Virus record (IMG/VR): IMGVR_UViG_3300038365_000119
Location: 1-50,512 of that record
DNA: 50,512 nt
Source: a virus
Taxonomy: Duplodnaviria > Caudoviricetes
Reading direction: 5' to 3' (one strand)
Below are positions 16,449 to 25,999 of this stretch, in pieces; positions within the stretch are counted from its first letter, which is position 1, and every line of letters starts with the position of its first letter. The notes below the pieces were generated by a model. It was not told where the DNA came from. It saw only the letters and a list, made by a program, of their open reading frames with translations, and made no database searches. Position numbers and translations under genes: made by a program.

Positions 16449-17749
16449 CAGTATCCCTCCAGCACTTTCCGTAACGTCACACTTACTTTGTAGCCTCCCG
16501 TAAGGTTGTGGGTCGCCTGTTCGATGATGTACTTTCCGTCGAACATTCCCCATCCCGATACGGTCACGGTAACGCCAGCGACTAAATCAAGGTCGCCGAC
16601 AAGGGTAAAGCTCGCCTTGAATTCCTGCTTGTTTTTCTCTCTAAGGCGCTTCATGGCAAGCTGTCGCGCTTCTTCGCGGTTGTTTACTTTTTCGTTGATT
16701 TCAAGGACCTGCCCGGTCCCGTCTGAACTCCGCGGCTTGTACGTGTATTCGATGACCGCTTTTGTTGTCGGGTTCGTATAGGAAACGTGGCAACTGCTGT
16801 ACGCGGTATCGTGAAAATTCGTCGAAAAGCTGTAATTTATCACGTCCGCTTCGCCGCGCTTGATCGTCCGGACCGCGCTTTTCTGTTCATATTTCAGTTC
16901 TTCGAACAGAACGATCATCTTCGCGGTGACTTTCAGCGATATTCCGGCGTTTTTGCAAAGCCCTTGAAGAAACACGATGTCCGATTGCTGTACCTGCTCC
17001 GTCCGCGTGTAATACGGGTCGTAATCCGATTCGAACATGCACTTCAAACCGTTTTTCGCGGCGATTTCGTTCGCAATGCCCGAAAGCTTGATCTTCTCCC
17101 ACGCCTTTGTTTTTTTCTGCGTCCGGATGGTTGACGTGTAGGGAATGGAAGTCGCTTTCAAATCCACTTTCGCGCCGGGTCCCGACGCGTCCACGCTGTC
17201 CAGTTCAAAGGTCCCGCAATCCAGCACCTTGTCCCTGCCGGTCGAATCCCAATTCTTTTGAATGACAACTGCGGTGATCTCTGCGCCCTTGCACCCGCCG
17301 CTTGCCGTCATAGTATCCTGCTTCGCGGAAACCTTTGTGACTTGATTTAACGCGTACCACCCTTTGTAATCAACATGAATCGGGTACGGGATTCCTTTCC
17401 TCAAATTCAAATGGGTAACTTTCCCTTTGTAGTTCGTAAGCATTTTCCCGGGCTTACCCTCGCCGTAGCTGGTGTACTGCGGTCGCCCGGTCACGGTCAC
17501 TTCGTCGCCGATCTTCCATCCGTCGTCTTGAACTGCGGGGGGCGGGGGAGGCTGAACCGGCGTATTCAACCATTCTTTCAGCCACACGCCCTCCCGGTCG
17601 TCAAGCGTCAGTTGCAGATCGTCCGTTTTGTCCGCTTCGTTGTCAGTATAGGTCATTGAAAGCAAATACTTTTCAATATCCCTTGTAACGTCCGCGCCCT
17701 CGAAAGTGACCTTTATTTCTGTCCGTCTTGCTTCGTTCGCGTTGCTCAT
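16448..17749 (-). CDS. Baseplate hub/late control D-like protein with inserted SH3-like domain
   Basis: SMTYTDNEADKTDDLQLTLDDR, QSDIVFLQGLC, LVAGVTVTVSGWGMFDGKYII. Confidence 0.82.
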   Translation of the reverse strand: MSNANEARRTEIKVTFEGADVTRDIEKYLLSMTYTDNEADKTDDLQLTLDDREGVWLKEWLNTPVQPPPPPAVQDDGWKIGDEVTVTGRPQYTSYGEGKPGKMLTNYKGKVTHLNLRKGIPYPIHVDYKGWYALNQVTKVSAKQDTMTASGGCKGAEITAVVIQKNWDSTGRDKVLDCGTFELDSVDASGPGAKVDLKATSIPYTSTIRTQKKTKAWEKIKLSGIANEIAAKNGLKCMFESDYDPYYTRTEQVQQSDIVFLQGLCKNAGISLKVTAKMIVLFEELKYEQKSAVRTIKRGEADVINYSFSTNFHDTAYSSCHVSYTNPTTKAVIEYTYKPRSSDGTGQVLEINEKVNNREEARQLAMKRLREKNKQEFKASFTLVGDLDLVAGVTVTVSGWGMFDGKYIIEQATHNLTGGYKVSVTLRKVLEGY

Positions 17750-17958
17750 AGGCCGTTCCTCTTCCACGGCGGCAAGCTCACCGAAACCGACAAGCTTTCT
17801 TCCGGAAGATCAAGCACAACCCCGGCGGGAAAAATAACGATATGGCGGTATTGCGTATTCAATTTCATCAGTTCGTCGGTGTAAGCTTCATCTCCGTACA
17901 CTTTGTAGGCGATTCCGTCCCACATATCCCCGGAAATTGTCGTGTAGGTTTTAGTCAT
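17746..17958 (-). CDS. Tail protein X (LysM-like)
   Basis: YTTISGDMWDGIAYKVYG...IFPAGVVLDLP...LPPWK. Confidence 0.8.
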   Translation of the reverse strand: MTKTYTTISGDMWDGIAYKVYGDEAYTDELMKLNTQYRHIVIFPAGVVLDLPEESLSVSVSLPPWKRNGL

Positions 17959-20900
17959 ACCGTTGCCGCCTTTCGTCATCCTCTTTCTTCCGTTGCCGCG
18001 CCTCAATTTCCGCCATCAACTCTTCGTCGTGTTTTTTCAAGGCCGCGGCGATTTCTCCCGTGTCGGTGTCTTTTCCGACGTAAAATTTCGGCTCGCTGTG
18101 AATGATAATTGAAGATTGCTTGTTTTCCGCGGCGACGCTCGGCGCTGTCACGCCGCCCGCTCCCGCCCCGGCATACGCCATCTGAAGCTGTGGCAATCCG
18201 CCGGATACTCCGGCAACGGATTTCGCGGCGGCGATAACCCCTTGAAGATTGTTCAAAATGTTTCCCGACTGTGCCGCCGTGAACACGGTCCGGTTCCTTG
18301 CGTTCGTCACAAGCTCCGCGCCGCGCTCACCGGCTATGAATGTATCCGGCGTTTTGGGTGTCCCTTTTGCGAATGTCGGAATCAGCGGAATGCTTATCTT
18401 TTTTCCGCCAAGTCCCGGCACCCAATCGGGAATTTTCAGCTTGTTCAGTCCGCCGATCACGCCGTTTATTACGCCGATAATCACGCGGAACGGCGCTTTT
18501 ACCAGCCCGACAAGGGAACTGAACACGCCTCCGAAAATCTGCTTCACGCCCTCCCACGCTTGCGTCCAGTTCCCGGTGAATACTCCTGTAATGAAATTGA
18601 TAAGCCCTTGCAGAATCGTAATCAGCCCGTTCAGGATAGGGGAAACAGCTTGCAGAGCCGCGCCCAGCACGCTCGAAATCACGCTTGCCAGAACGGTAAT
18701 GACCGGCATAAGGGCTTGAAGCAATGCCATGACCACCGGCAAGATCGCTTGAATGATCTGCGTCACGATGGGTAATAGCTGGTTCAGTACGCTAACGATG
18801 ATCGGCAATACCTGTGTGACAAGCTGGGTGATTATGGGTAACAGGGTTTGCAAAAGCTGAACGATAATCGGCAAAATAGCCGTGATAATCGTTGTCAGCA
18901 ACGGTGCGAGCGTCGTTATAACGTTCAGAATCACGGGGAGTAATTGCGTAACGAGTTGTGCAATCAGCGGGACGATCTGCCCGATAAATTGAACCGCGAC
19001 GGGGAGTAGTCCCGCTATGAGTTGCCCGAAAAGCGGGGCAAGCTGTTGCGCCGCATTCATCAGAAGCGGCATGATCTGTTCGCCCAGCCCTTTCAGTTGT
19101 TCCATCACGGCTTGCAACGTGGGCCTTGCCTGTTCAAACGCCTGTTTCAAAGGCTTTATGAATCCGGACAGATCCCCGCCGTTCAGCTTGATAAACAGGG
19201 CGGACAGTAGGGAAATAATCGCAATAATCGGCATGACTTTACCGAATAGTCCGCCGAATACAGACCCCAGCCCGCTCATGGCGGGTCCTAATACGGAGCT
19301 TGCAACTCCGCCGATAGACTTGAACACGCCTCCGATTTTTCCCATCGGCCCGTTTGCTATCGCTCCGCCGATCTTTCCGAAAAATCCGGTGACGTTTTTT
19401 CCTATCGGTGACAGAATTTCGGTCGCTTTTCCTCCGATCTTTCCGCCGATCTTCTGAAACGGCGAAATGATTGATGAAGTGATTCCGCCTATTTTCCCGT
19501 TGATGACCTCTCCCAAGCTTCCCGCGTCAAATTTCGCCATCAGGTTCTTTGCAAAATTGAACTTCGAAACCGCCGTGTCTACCCCGCCCAGCGAATTCTT
19601 CACGCCGCCGAAATACCCGGAAACCCTTTTCCCCAATTCGGCAAACTTTCCGCCGCCTGTTACGGCTTCTGCGGAGGACGTGGCAAGATGTTCTTTCAGC
19701 GTCGCAAATATTTTTTGTGCGTCCAAAACTCCCCCTTTGAGTTGCAGAAACCCAAGCTTTGCCGCTTGACCGCCCACGGCTGTTGCCGCGAGTGCCGCGC
19801 CCACCTTTGTGAGCGTCATAATCAATTCTGGGTTCTTTGTTACAAAATCCGCAAGTCTGTTGACCAAATCGGACAACTTTTCCGCCGCTTGCCCGACGTT
19901 TGGTAAAAATGTATCTCCAATCGCCATGCTTAAATTTTTAAGACTGTTTTTGGCAAGCTTGATCTTGTTTTCTGCCGTGTTCGAACGGGAAGCAAATTCG
20001 CGTTCCATGCTCCCAGCGTAGGTCGCGGAGTTCCCGACTTCATCGAACGACGTTTTCAATAGATCAAGATTCTTCAACATCGGCATGATCGCCCCAACGG
20101 ATTCCGTCCCGAAATAATCGGAAAGTGCCGCCGTCTGCTCCGCTTGTGGAAGTTTCTTAATAGCTTCCATAAAATCAAGAATCGCGCCCTTTGCGTCGGT
20201 TTGCATACGTTTTGCAAGGCCCGTCGCGGATATTCCCAATTTATCAAGAACCCCAGCTTGCCTTTTGGTAACGGAAGATCCTGCCGTCATTTCGACGGCC
20301 AGCTTTTTGATTCCGGTTGCGGCAACGTCGTCTTGAATGCCGACGGAAACCAGCGATGCACCCATGGCGGCAATCTGCCCGCTTGTCAGCCCTGCAACTG
20401 TCCCTAATGGGCCTACTTTTGTTACGATGTTTGCGACTTCCTCCGCCGATGAAGCGGTGGTGTCGCTTAACATATTGACTGTATCCGCAAGGGCGACGAC
20501 TTGACTTTGTGTCATGCCGAACGACGTTCGCCACTTCGCCATCCAGTCGCCCGCCTGATCTGCCGTCACGTCGAATGCGACGCCCATTTTTGCGGCGTCC
20601 TCCGTGAATTTTACGATTTCCTGCCGTGCAATACCGGCTTGCCCCGCGGAGGCCGCAATCTTTGTCAGTTCGGTTGCGGTCATCGGAACTTTTGTTGAAA
20701 GGTCAATCAGAGCTTTTTTCATGTTCTGATATTCCGCTGTCAGCTTCCCGGTTTTAGTGTCCTTTAACCCGTCAACGACTTTTACAACGTCCGCCATCGC
20801 GCTCTCGAAATCCATTGCGCTTTTTACCGGCCCGGCGACAATCGCCGTTCCAACGGCCCCTATCACGCCGATCGTGGTTGCCAACTGCGTTTTCGTCTTT

Positions 20901-21403
20901 GAAATCGCGGCGGAATTTTTCTCCTGTGCGGCGGATATTTTCGCCAACTGCTCTTGACTTTTCTTTACCTGCTCATAGCTTTTTTTAAGCTTGTCGTTTG
21001 AAGCCGACAGGTTGTCGGTATTAACGCCCGCCTCCTTTAACTCCCTGCCCAGCGAATCAAGCTTTTTTTGCTGATCTTCAATTTTGGTGGTGGCGGCGGC
21101 AATCCGCTTTTCGTTCTGCTCAAACTTCTTTTGCAGGGCTTCGGTCGGCTGTTCGGTCCGCTCCATTTCCTGCTGGAGCTTTTCATGCTCTTCTTTCAGG
21201 GCGGAAAGTTTCGTCCGGTTCTTCTCCAGCGCGTCGCTTTGCCGCTTGTAGCCGTCTATTTTCCCCGAAACCGAATTGAGCTTTGAAAGCGTGTTTTGAA
21301 GCTGTTTCGTCGTGTTCAGGGCTTTTTGAAATGTGCCGTTGAAATCACCACCCAACGCGGCGGAAAGCTTGAAAAGCAGTTCATATTCCTTGCGTCCTGC
21401 CAT
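17951..21403 (-). CDS. Tape measure protein (1150 aa)
   Basis: AMDFESAMADVVKV TP901-type core, long amphipathic repeats, position after the tail chaperone. Confidence 0.9.
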   Translation of the reverse strand: MAGRKEYELLFKLSAALGGDFNGTFQKALNTTKQLQNTLSKLNSVSGKIDGYKRQSDALEKNRTKLSALKEEHEKLQQEMERTEQPTEALQKKFEQNEKRIAAATTKIEDQQKKLDSLGRELKEAGVNTDNLSASNDKLKKSYEQVKKSQEQLAKISAAQEKNSAAISKTKTQLATTIGVIGAVGTAIVAGPVKSAMDFESAMADVVKVVDGLKDTKTGKLTAEYQNMKKALIDLSTKVPMTATELTKIAASAGQAGIARQEIVKFTEDAAKMGVAFDVTADQAGDWMAKWRTSFGMTQSQVVALADTVNMLSDTTASSAEEVANIVTKVGPLGTVAGLTSGQIAAMGASLVSVGIQDDVAATGIKKLAVEMTAGSSVTKRQAGVLDKLGISATGLAKRMQTDAKGAILDFMEAIKKLPQAEQTAALSDYFGTESVGAIMPMLKNLDLLKTSFDEVGNSATYAGSMEREFASRSNTAENKIKLAKNSLKNLSMAIGDTFLPNVGQAAEKLSDLVNRLADFVTKNPELIMTLTKVGAALAATAVGGQAAKLGFLQLKGGVLDAQKIFATLKEHLATSSAEAVTGGGKFAELGKRVSGYFGGVKNSLGGVDTAVSKFNFAKNLMAKFDAGSLGEVINGKIGGITSSIISPFQKIGGKIGGKATEILSPIGKNVTGFFGKIGGAIANGPMGKIGGVFKSIGGVASSVLGPAMSGLGSVFGGLFGKVMPIIAIISLLSALFIKLNGGDLSGFIKPLKQAFEQARPTLQAVMEQLKGLGEQIMPLLMNAAQQLAPLFGQLIAGLLPVAVQFIGQIVPLIAQLVTQLLPVILNVITTLAPLLTTIITAILPIIVQLLQTLLPIITQLVTQVLPIIVSVLNQLLPIVTQIIQAILPVVMALLQALMPVITVLASVISSVLGAALQAVSPILNGLITILQGLINFITGVFTGNWTQAWEGVKQIFGGVFSSLVGLVKAPFRVIIGVINGVIGGLNKLKIPDWVPGLGGKKISIPLIPTFAKGTPKTPDTFIAGERGAELVTNARNRTVFTAAQSGNILNNLQGVIAAAKSVAGVSGGLPQLQMAYAGAGAGGVTAPSVAAENKQSSIIIHSEPKFYVGKDTDTGEIAAALKKHDEELMAEIEARQRKKEDDERRQRYD

Positions 21404-21407
21404 GCCG

Positions 21408-21593
21408 TCACCCCCTTTGCTCCCTTTTTTCCTCTTCAATGGCGGCGTTTATTTCCCGAATCCACGGCATGATCTCCGCCGGGGTCATATCAAGCCAAAA
21501 CGGAATAGGCGTGTATGTAGCCCTTGAAAGGCGGTAGGTTTCGCGCCTCCACCAGTGTGCCGGGCTTTTTAATAGCCCGAATCTATTAAAAAA
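21408..21593 (-). CDS. -1 frameshift extension of the tail assembly chaperone (G-T-like)
   Basis: Slippery T TTT TTA at 21593-21587; -1 frame open to TGA at 21410-21408, just before the TMP start. Confidence 0.65.
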   Translation of the reverse strand, partial: FFNRFGLLKSPAHWWRRETYRLSRATYTPIPFWLDMTPAEIMPWIREINAAIEEEKREQRG

Positions 21594-21976
21594 CTCCGGC
21601 AGGCGTTCGTAATCCGGTTGAAATCGTTAAGCGGCATTGCCTCCAGCACGTCGCTTCCGATTCCCGCGGCTTTCGCCGCCATCTTCGACTGAAAGCTTCT
21701 CGAAATCTCCGGGGCAATCGCGTATTCATTGTTCGATTGCATTTCTGCTTCGATTGCCACCATGTCGCGCCCGGTGAGCCGTTCGAAATCGAACGTCACT
21801 TTTTCGTACTTTTTGCCCTCATATTCGAAAGGCTTTTTGAACGTGTGCGTATAAACGCCCACGTTGCCCGCTGTGGCGCTTTTGTCCTCTGCGGTGTCGG
21901 CGGTAGGCTCCGCCGCCTCCGCCGCTTTCTCTGCCGTCTGCGCGGCGCTCTCGTTGATTTTTTTTATTTCGCTCAT
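21569..21976 (-). CDS. Tail assembly chaperone
   Basis: FDFERLTGRDMVAIE...LEAMPLNDF; between tube and TMP. Confidence 0.8.
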   Translation of the reverse strand: MSEIKKINESAAQTAEKAAEAAEPTADTAEDKSATAGNVGVYTHTFKKPFEYEGKKYEKVTFDFERLTGRDMVAIEAEMQSNNEYAIAPEISRSFQSKMAAKAAGIGSDVLEAMPLNDFNRITNACRSFLIDSGY

Positions 21977-22032
21977 TGTTGATTCCTCCGATTCTGATTT
22001 TCAAAATTTCGAACATGGAAAATTGCATAAGA

Positions 22033-22062
22033 AAACCCGGCGGGTTTTCCTCCGCCGGGTTT
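22033..22062 (-). terminator. Terminator after the tail tube gene
   Basis: aaacccggcgg...ccgccgggttt with a T-run on the minus strand. Confidence 0.6.
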
Positions 22063-22579
22063 ACGCTTTACCCAATGCTTTTCGAACGTCTGCCAAGTAA
22101 TCCGTCCCGTTGATGAAGTAAATGAAATTGAGAATATCAATCTCCATCTTCTTTTTTCCGTCGATGTACGTTGCAAAATAGGTCGCCGCGTATTCGCCGG
22201 AAGCTTCTGCGGAAGCCGCGGGCGCGAGTTTTCCGGGGGTGAACTTCGTCGGTGTGACCATCAGAACATGCTTGATGGCCTGTTGCACGAATTTTCCGGC
22301 GGCGTTGTCCCAATACTGCTGGGCCGCTCGCAAGTCAAGCTGGTGTACTCTCGGTTCGGAAAGCTTGATCGCGTCCGCCGTCACCGAACGGAAATTCAGC
22401 GTCAGGGTCATTGCTTCGATATGGCCCACAAACGCACCGTTGAACGAACCTGAAATTCCCGCGCCCTTGACCTCTTCTGCAATCTGCGAAATTTCGGGGA
22501 GCGTTACTTCTGCCATGCCGTAATACTCCGTCGCGTCCTCATAGACGGCAAAGTTTACGGTCCCGTTATCAACTTTCAT
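22061..22579 (-). CDS. Major tail tube protein (P2 FII-like)
   Basis: GMAEVTLPEI..EEVKGAGISG, EIDILNFIYFINGTDYLADVRKALG. Confidence 0.85.
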   Translation of the reverse strand: MKVDNGTVNFAVYEDATEYYGMAEVTLPEISQIAEEVKGAGISGSFNGAFVGHIEAMTLTLNFRSVTADAIKLSEPRVHQLDLRAAQQYWDNAAGKFVQQAIKHVLMVTPTKFTPGKLAPAASAEASGEYAATYFATYIDGKKKMEIDILNFIYFINGTDYLADVRKALGKA

Positions 22580-22593
22580 GTTTGTTTACCTCC

Positions 22594-24021
22594 TTACGCC
22601 GCCAGCGCCGCGGAAACGTACTCTGCGTCGTATTCAAGCACAAAATCCAATTCCTGCGCCGGGCTGGGCGGTGTCATGCAGATGTGGAATACTGCTTTCC
22701 CCGCCATGAGTGCGGCGGTCGTGTTCTCTTCGTCCTTGAACTCGACGCGCCCTCCCAGCAACTGCTCTTCCGCGACAAGGCCGTTCAGCCAGATATTCAC
22801 GGAATCAACAATGCTGTCAATCAGCCGTCGGCTCATTTTTTTATCCACCTTGCTCCAATACGTCAGAATCAGGGTGTTTGCAACCCAGCCGAACATGCGG
22901 GAAACGGGAATGAAATAGTTCTTCACGTCGGTATCCGACGGATAGCAAGCGGTCTGATTGCCCCACAACACGTAACCGCCGACAAAGTTCAGTGTGGTTA
23001 CAACGCCGTTGCTGTTCAGGAAATTTGCGCTCTGAATGTCCAGCAGAACTTCCGTCCCGTCGGCAAGAACCGAACTACCGATCTGCAAGGTTTTGTTCGA
23101 CGGCGATTCCGCCGGGGTGCCTCCGTTGTCCGCGTCGGTCTGCCCGATTCTCCCAGCCGCCTGAACGGACAGGTGAAACACCCGGTCGCCCAGCTTGACA
23201 AGCGGGAAGAAAAGAAGCTGCGTTTTCGAATTGATACTGTTGGTCTTTTTCCATGCCGGAACGTCCGAATAGTGCTTTACGGTCGTCGTGTCAACGTCAA
23301 TCAGGGCTTTCCCCTCGAAAACTCCGTTGATCGCGGCGGCTTTCGCGCTCATGACGGCGGCAACCTCCGGGTCATGGGACCAGCCCGGCGCAAGCAGAAG
23401 ATCGGCGACAACGCCGAACTTCGGGAAAACCGAATCGATCAACTCGAACCCGGAAGATTTCTTCGTTTCCGTGTCGAACCCGCCGATGATGTCGGCTTTC
23501 GTGATTTTGCTGGGGTCCACCGTGTCATACGCGACGGTCAGCGTTTCGGTCGCTTCCGGAATCGCCCCGCCGTCCAGAACTTCAAGAATCAGGTTTTCGC
23601 CCTCATAAAAAAGTTCGTAGTCGGTTCCCTCGGTGTACTCTCCCGTAACCGTCACGGTGTCTTTCAGGGCTTCCAGCGGAAGCAGGACCTTTTTGTCCGC
23701 AATCGGATATTCCTCCGCGGCGACGGTCGTTTTGTGCTTTGCGGGGTCAAGAACGTTCACGAACACCACGGGGGAAATGTTGTAAAGCTTAAACTGCGAA
23801 TACACCGCTTCGCAAAGCGGATATTTCGTCCAGTCATCGCTGTACCCCAGCGCGCTCACGGCCTCGCCGTAGTTTTGGCACATGACCGGCTCGTTCACTT
23901 TACCGCCTACGGTATGCACCGGGGCGGCTCCAACGATGAACGCAACCCCGGAATTCGCCGTCACCGGGGTGGAAACCGATGTTTCCGTCTGTTTGGTCGA
24001 TACTCCATGATAAAAAGCCAT
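22594..24021 (-). CDS. Tail sheath protein
   Basis: FYHGVST, LLLAPGWS, PAESPSNK, LNSNGVVT..WGN, PPSPAQEL. Confidence 0.9.
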   Translation of the reverse strand: MAFYHGVSTKQTETSVSTPVTANSGVAFIVGAAPVHTVGGKVNEPVMCQNYGEAVSALGYSDDWTKYPLCEAVYSQFKLYNISPVVFVNVLDPAKHKTTVAAEEYPIADKKVLLPLEALKDTVTVTGEYTEGTDYELFYEGENLILEVLDGGAIPEATETLTVAYDTVDPSKITKADIIGGFDTETKKSSGFELIDSVFPKFGVVADLLLAPGWSHDPEVAAVMSAKAAAINGVFEGKALIDVDTTTVKHYSDVPAWKKTNSINSKTQLLFFPLVKLGDRVFHLSVQAAGRIGQTDADNGGTPAESPSNKTLQIGSSVLADGTEVLLDIQSANFLNSNGVVTTLNFVGGYVLWGNQTACYPSDTDVKNYFIPVSRMFGWVANTLILTYWSKVDKKMSRRLIDSIVDSVNIWLNGLVAEEQLLGGRVEFKDEENTTAALMAGKAVFHICMTPPSPAQELDFVLEYDAEYVSAALAA

Positions 24022-24024
24022 CGT

Positions 24025-24618
24025 TTATACCTCCTTGTTTCCGTGCATTGCCGAAACAATGTCGTTATAGTGCTTGTGAACGACGTTCCCGGGCGTTTTT
24101 GCCTTTGCGGAATACTTTGCCAGTTTGTGCGTCGGGACAATCAGCTTCGCCACCTGCGGGTATTCCTCCAGCACGTCCGAAAGATAATTCAGAACGTCCT
24201 TGATCTTTCCGCGGAAAAGAGCGTTTTCTTTCAACTTCCCGTGCGGGAGCGTCGGGCCGATATAGGCGAACAGGTCGTATTCGTCGTTTTCTCCCTCTGC
24301 GCCGCTCTGTGTGGCGTTTTCTTCCTCGGTGGTGCCCTTGTTCTCCGCGGGCACGTCTGCGGTTCCTGTGCCGTCCTGCGCGCCCTGCTGGACGCTCTCT
24401 ACGGTTTCGGCCTGTGTTCCGCTCGCGGCGGCGGTCTGCGTGGCGCTTTTATCCGTCCCGGTGTCTGTGGTACTTCCGGTAGCCTCCGCGCTGTCCTGCG
24501 CGTTGATCGCGGCGATGATCTGCGCTTTCGTCATGCTTTCATTGACTTTGATTCCATTTTCTGCGGCAATTTTCAGCAAATCTGCTTTCAGGTTGCCCGC
24601 ATTAACATCTACTTCCAT
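24025..24618 (-). CDS. Hypothetical protein with Rho-N/HeH-like N-terminus and low-complexity linker
   Basis: LKADLLKIAAENGIKVNESMTKAQIIAAI then a Thr/Ala/Glu-rich stretch. Confidence 0.6.
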   Translation of the reverse strand: MEVDVNAGNLKADLLKIAAENGIKVNESMTKAQIIAAINAQDSAEATGSTTDTGTDKSATQTAAASGTQAETVESVQQGAQDGTGTADVPAENKGTTEEENATQSGAEGENDEYDLFAYIGPTLPHGKLKENALFRGKIKDVLNYLSDVLEEYPQVAKLIVPTHKLAKYSAKAKTPGNVVHKHYNDIVSAMHGNKEV

Positions 24619-25097
24619 ACGCCTTGTACCTCACTTTCAATAATTGGCATTTTCCAATTCGTCATCATTTCCCCCAAGTAATATGGGGGTGTGCTGTCGG
24701 GGTAAATAATCAGTTCGATCGGAGGGGTCAGCATGAAACGCCCGGCAACCACGCCGTCTTTCAGAAGCGCAATCCGTATCCGCGTAAGCAGATTCAAAAC
24801 GCCCAGCGCGCCCTCTTCTCCGTCCTCGGCATAGGTCGCGGCGACGATTCGCACCATGCAGGTGCTTTCCGGGTGATTGCTCGGTTCCTGCGAATCCGTA
24901 CTTTTTAAGAACTGCAAAAGAATATAGGGAATCCGCTGGGTCTGCGCGTTCTTGTCCGGAAGCCTCATTTTGTGGACCTCCGCCGGGCGCTCTTTTTGCT
25001 CCCCGCTGTTTCGGTCAACCCGGACGGGCAAAAGAATGTCTTTCGTGTTCTGCTCAATGAACGCTTTCAGCGCGTCCAGCAACTCTAAAGGGGTCAT
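24609..25097 (-). CDS. Putative tail terminator/neck protein
   Basis: Position before the sheath; MTPLELLDAL..PYILLQF..PYYLGEM. Confidence 0.55.
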   Translation of the reverse strand: MTPLELLDALKAFIEQNTKDILLPVRVDRNSGEQKERPAEVHKMRLPDKNAQTQRIPYILLQFLKSTDSQEPSNHPESTCMVRIVAATYAEDGEEGALGVLNLLTRIRIALLKDGVVAGRFMLTPPIELIIYPDSTPPYYLGEMMTNWKMPIIESEVQGVWK

Positions 25098-25100
25098 CTT

Positions 25101-25667
25101 TTACCCTCCGTATCCGTTCAAAATTCGGGTGATCTCATGTTCCACCCGCTTGTTTATGGTTTCCTGCGCCGCTTCCTCCACCTTTTCAACAACAACGCTG
25201 TTTCCCGCCATTTGCGCGACTGCCGGTCCCATGAATTCGGTGATCGGCGTTCTTGCCTTTGTGTCCCGCTCGAACATGCCGGTGTGACCGCTTTTCATTT
25301 GCGCAATAAAAGCATGTTCAAACGGGGTCTGCGCGTTCTCTTTCAGGACGGCGGCTTTGACGGTTGCGCGCTGAACGGGCATTGTCGGCGAAACGCTGAA
25401 CCGGTAGAGCGGCAATTTGTACCCGGCGAAAGAAACGGTTCCCACAATCCCGCCATCCGCTTTTTTTGTCCGCATGTTGACAGTCGATTCCGCCCGGATA
25501 TTCTGTTTAGAAATCGCATAAACGCCCGTCATCTGCTTGACCGCTTCCGTTCTCACGGTGCTTTCCGCTCTCCGGATAACGCTTGACAATGCCTTTTCTG
25601 CGCCGTGCGGCACCTCCTGTAAAATCAGGTTCACGCGTTCAATCTGCTCGGTGGTTATTTCAATCAT
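25101..25667 (-). CDS. Minor tail protein Z-like
   Basis: HAFIAQMKSGHTGMFER..PITEFMGPAVAQM. Confidence 0.7.
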   Translation of the reverse strand: MIEITTEQIERVNLILQEVPHGAEKALSSVIRRAESTVRTEAVKQMTGVYAISKQNIRAESTVNMRTKKADGGIVGTVSFAGYKLPLYRFSVSPTMPVQRATVKAAVLKENAQTPFEHAFIAQMKSGHTGMFERDTKARTPITEFMGPAVAQMAGNSVVVEKVEEAAQETINKRVEHEITRILNGYGG

Positions 25668-25999
25668 TCGGTCAACATCTCCAAATACAGCACGATTTCC
25701 CCGGCCTCCGGGTGAACCTTTATGATTGTGTAAACATCGTCGCCGATCTCGACGTTCAGCCCTCTTTTGGGAATCGTTTTCAGCAGGGAAAGGGTGGCGT
25801 ACATGACTAAATCGACAAGAGTTAATCCGTCCGCGTGGTCCGTGGACGGCTTTTTCCTATCTGCCGCTCCGATGTCGTCAAGGATAACGGGTCCTTTGTA
25901 GCGGGTCCCGTCAATCCAGAATTCCAGATCGTCCGCAAGTTCGCCGCTGTTGTGAAAAACTGCCGTCAAGTCCCGCTCAATCTGCGCTTTGAAGTTCAT
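25664..25999 (-). CDS. Head-tail joining protein
   Basis: MNFKAQIERDLTAVFHNSGELAD; directly after the capsid gene. Confidence 0.6.
   Translation of the reverse strand: MNFKAQIERDLTAVFHNSGELADDLEFWIDGTRYKGPVILDDIGAADRKKPSTDHADGLTLVDLVMYATLSLLKTIPKRGLNVEIGDDVYTIIKVHPEAGEIVLYLEMLTE

Noticed and set aside
18480-19100. Periodic sequence in the tape measure gene
   Set aside because: Ordinary amphipathic TMP repeats
22582-24681. 699-aa plus-strand ORF and similar long antisense ORFs (7406-8545, 26035-27252, 30474-31469, 1171-2025)
   Set aside because: They are shadows of well-supported genes on the opposite strand in GC-rich DNA and have no recognisable motifs
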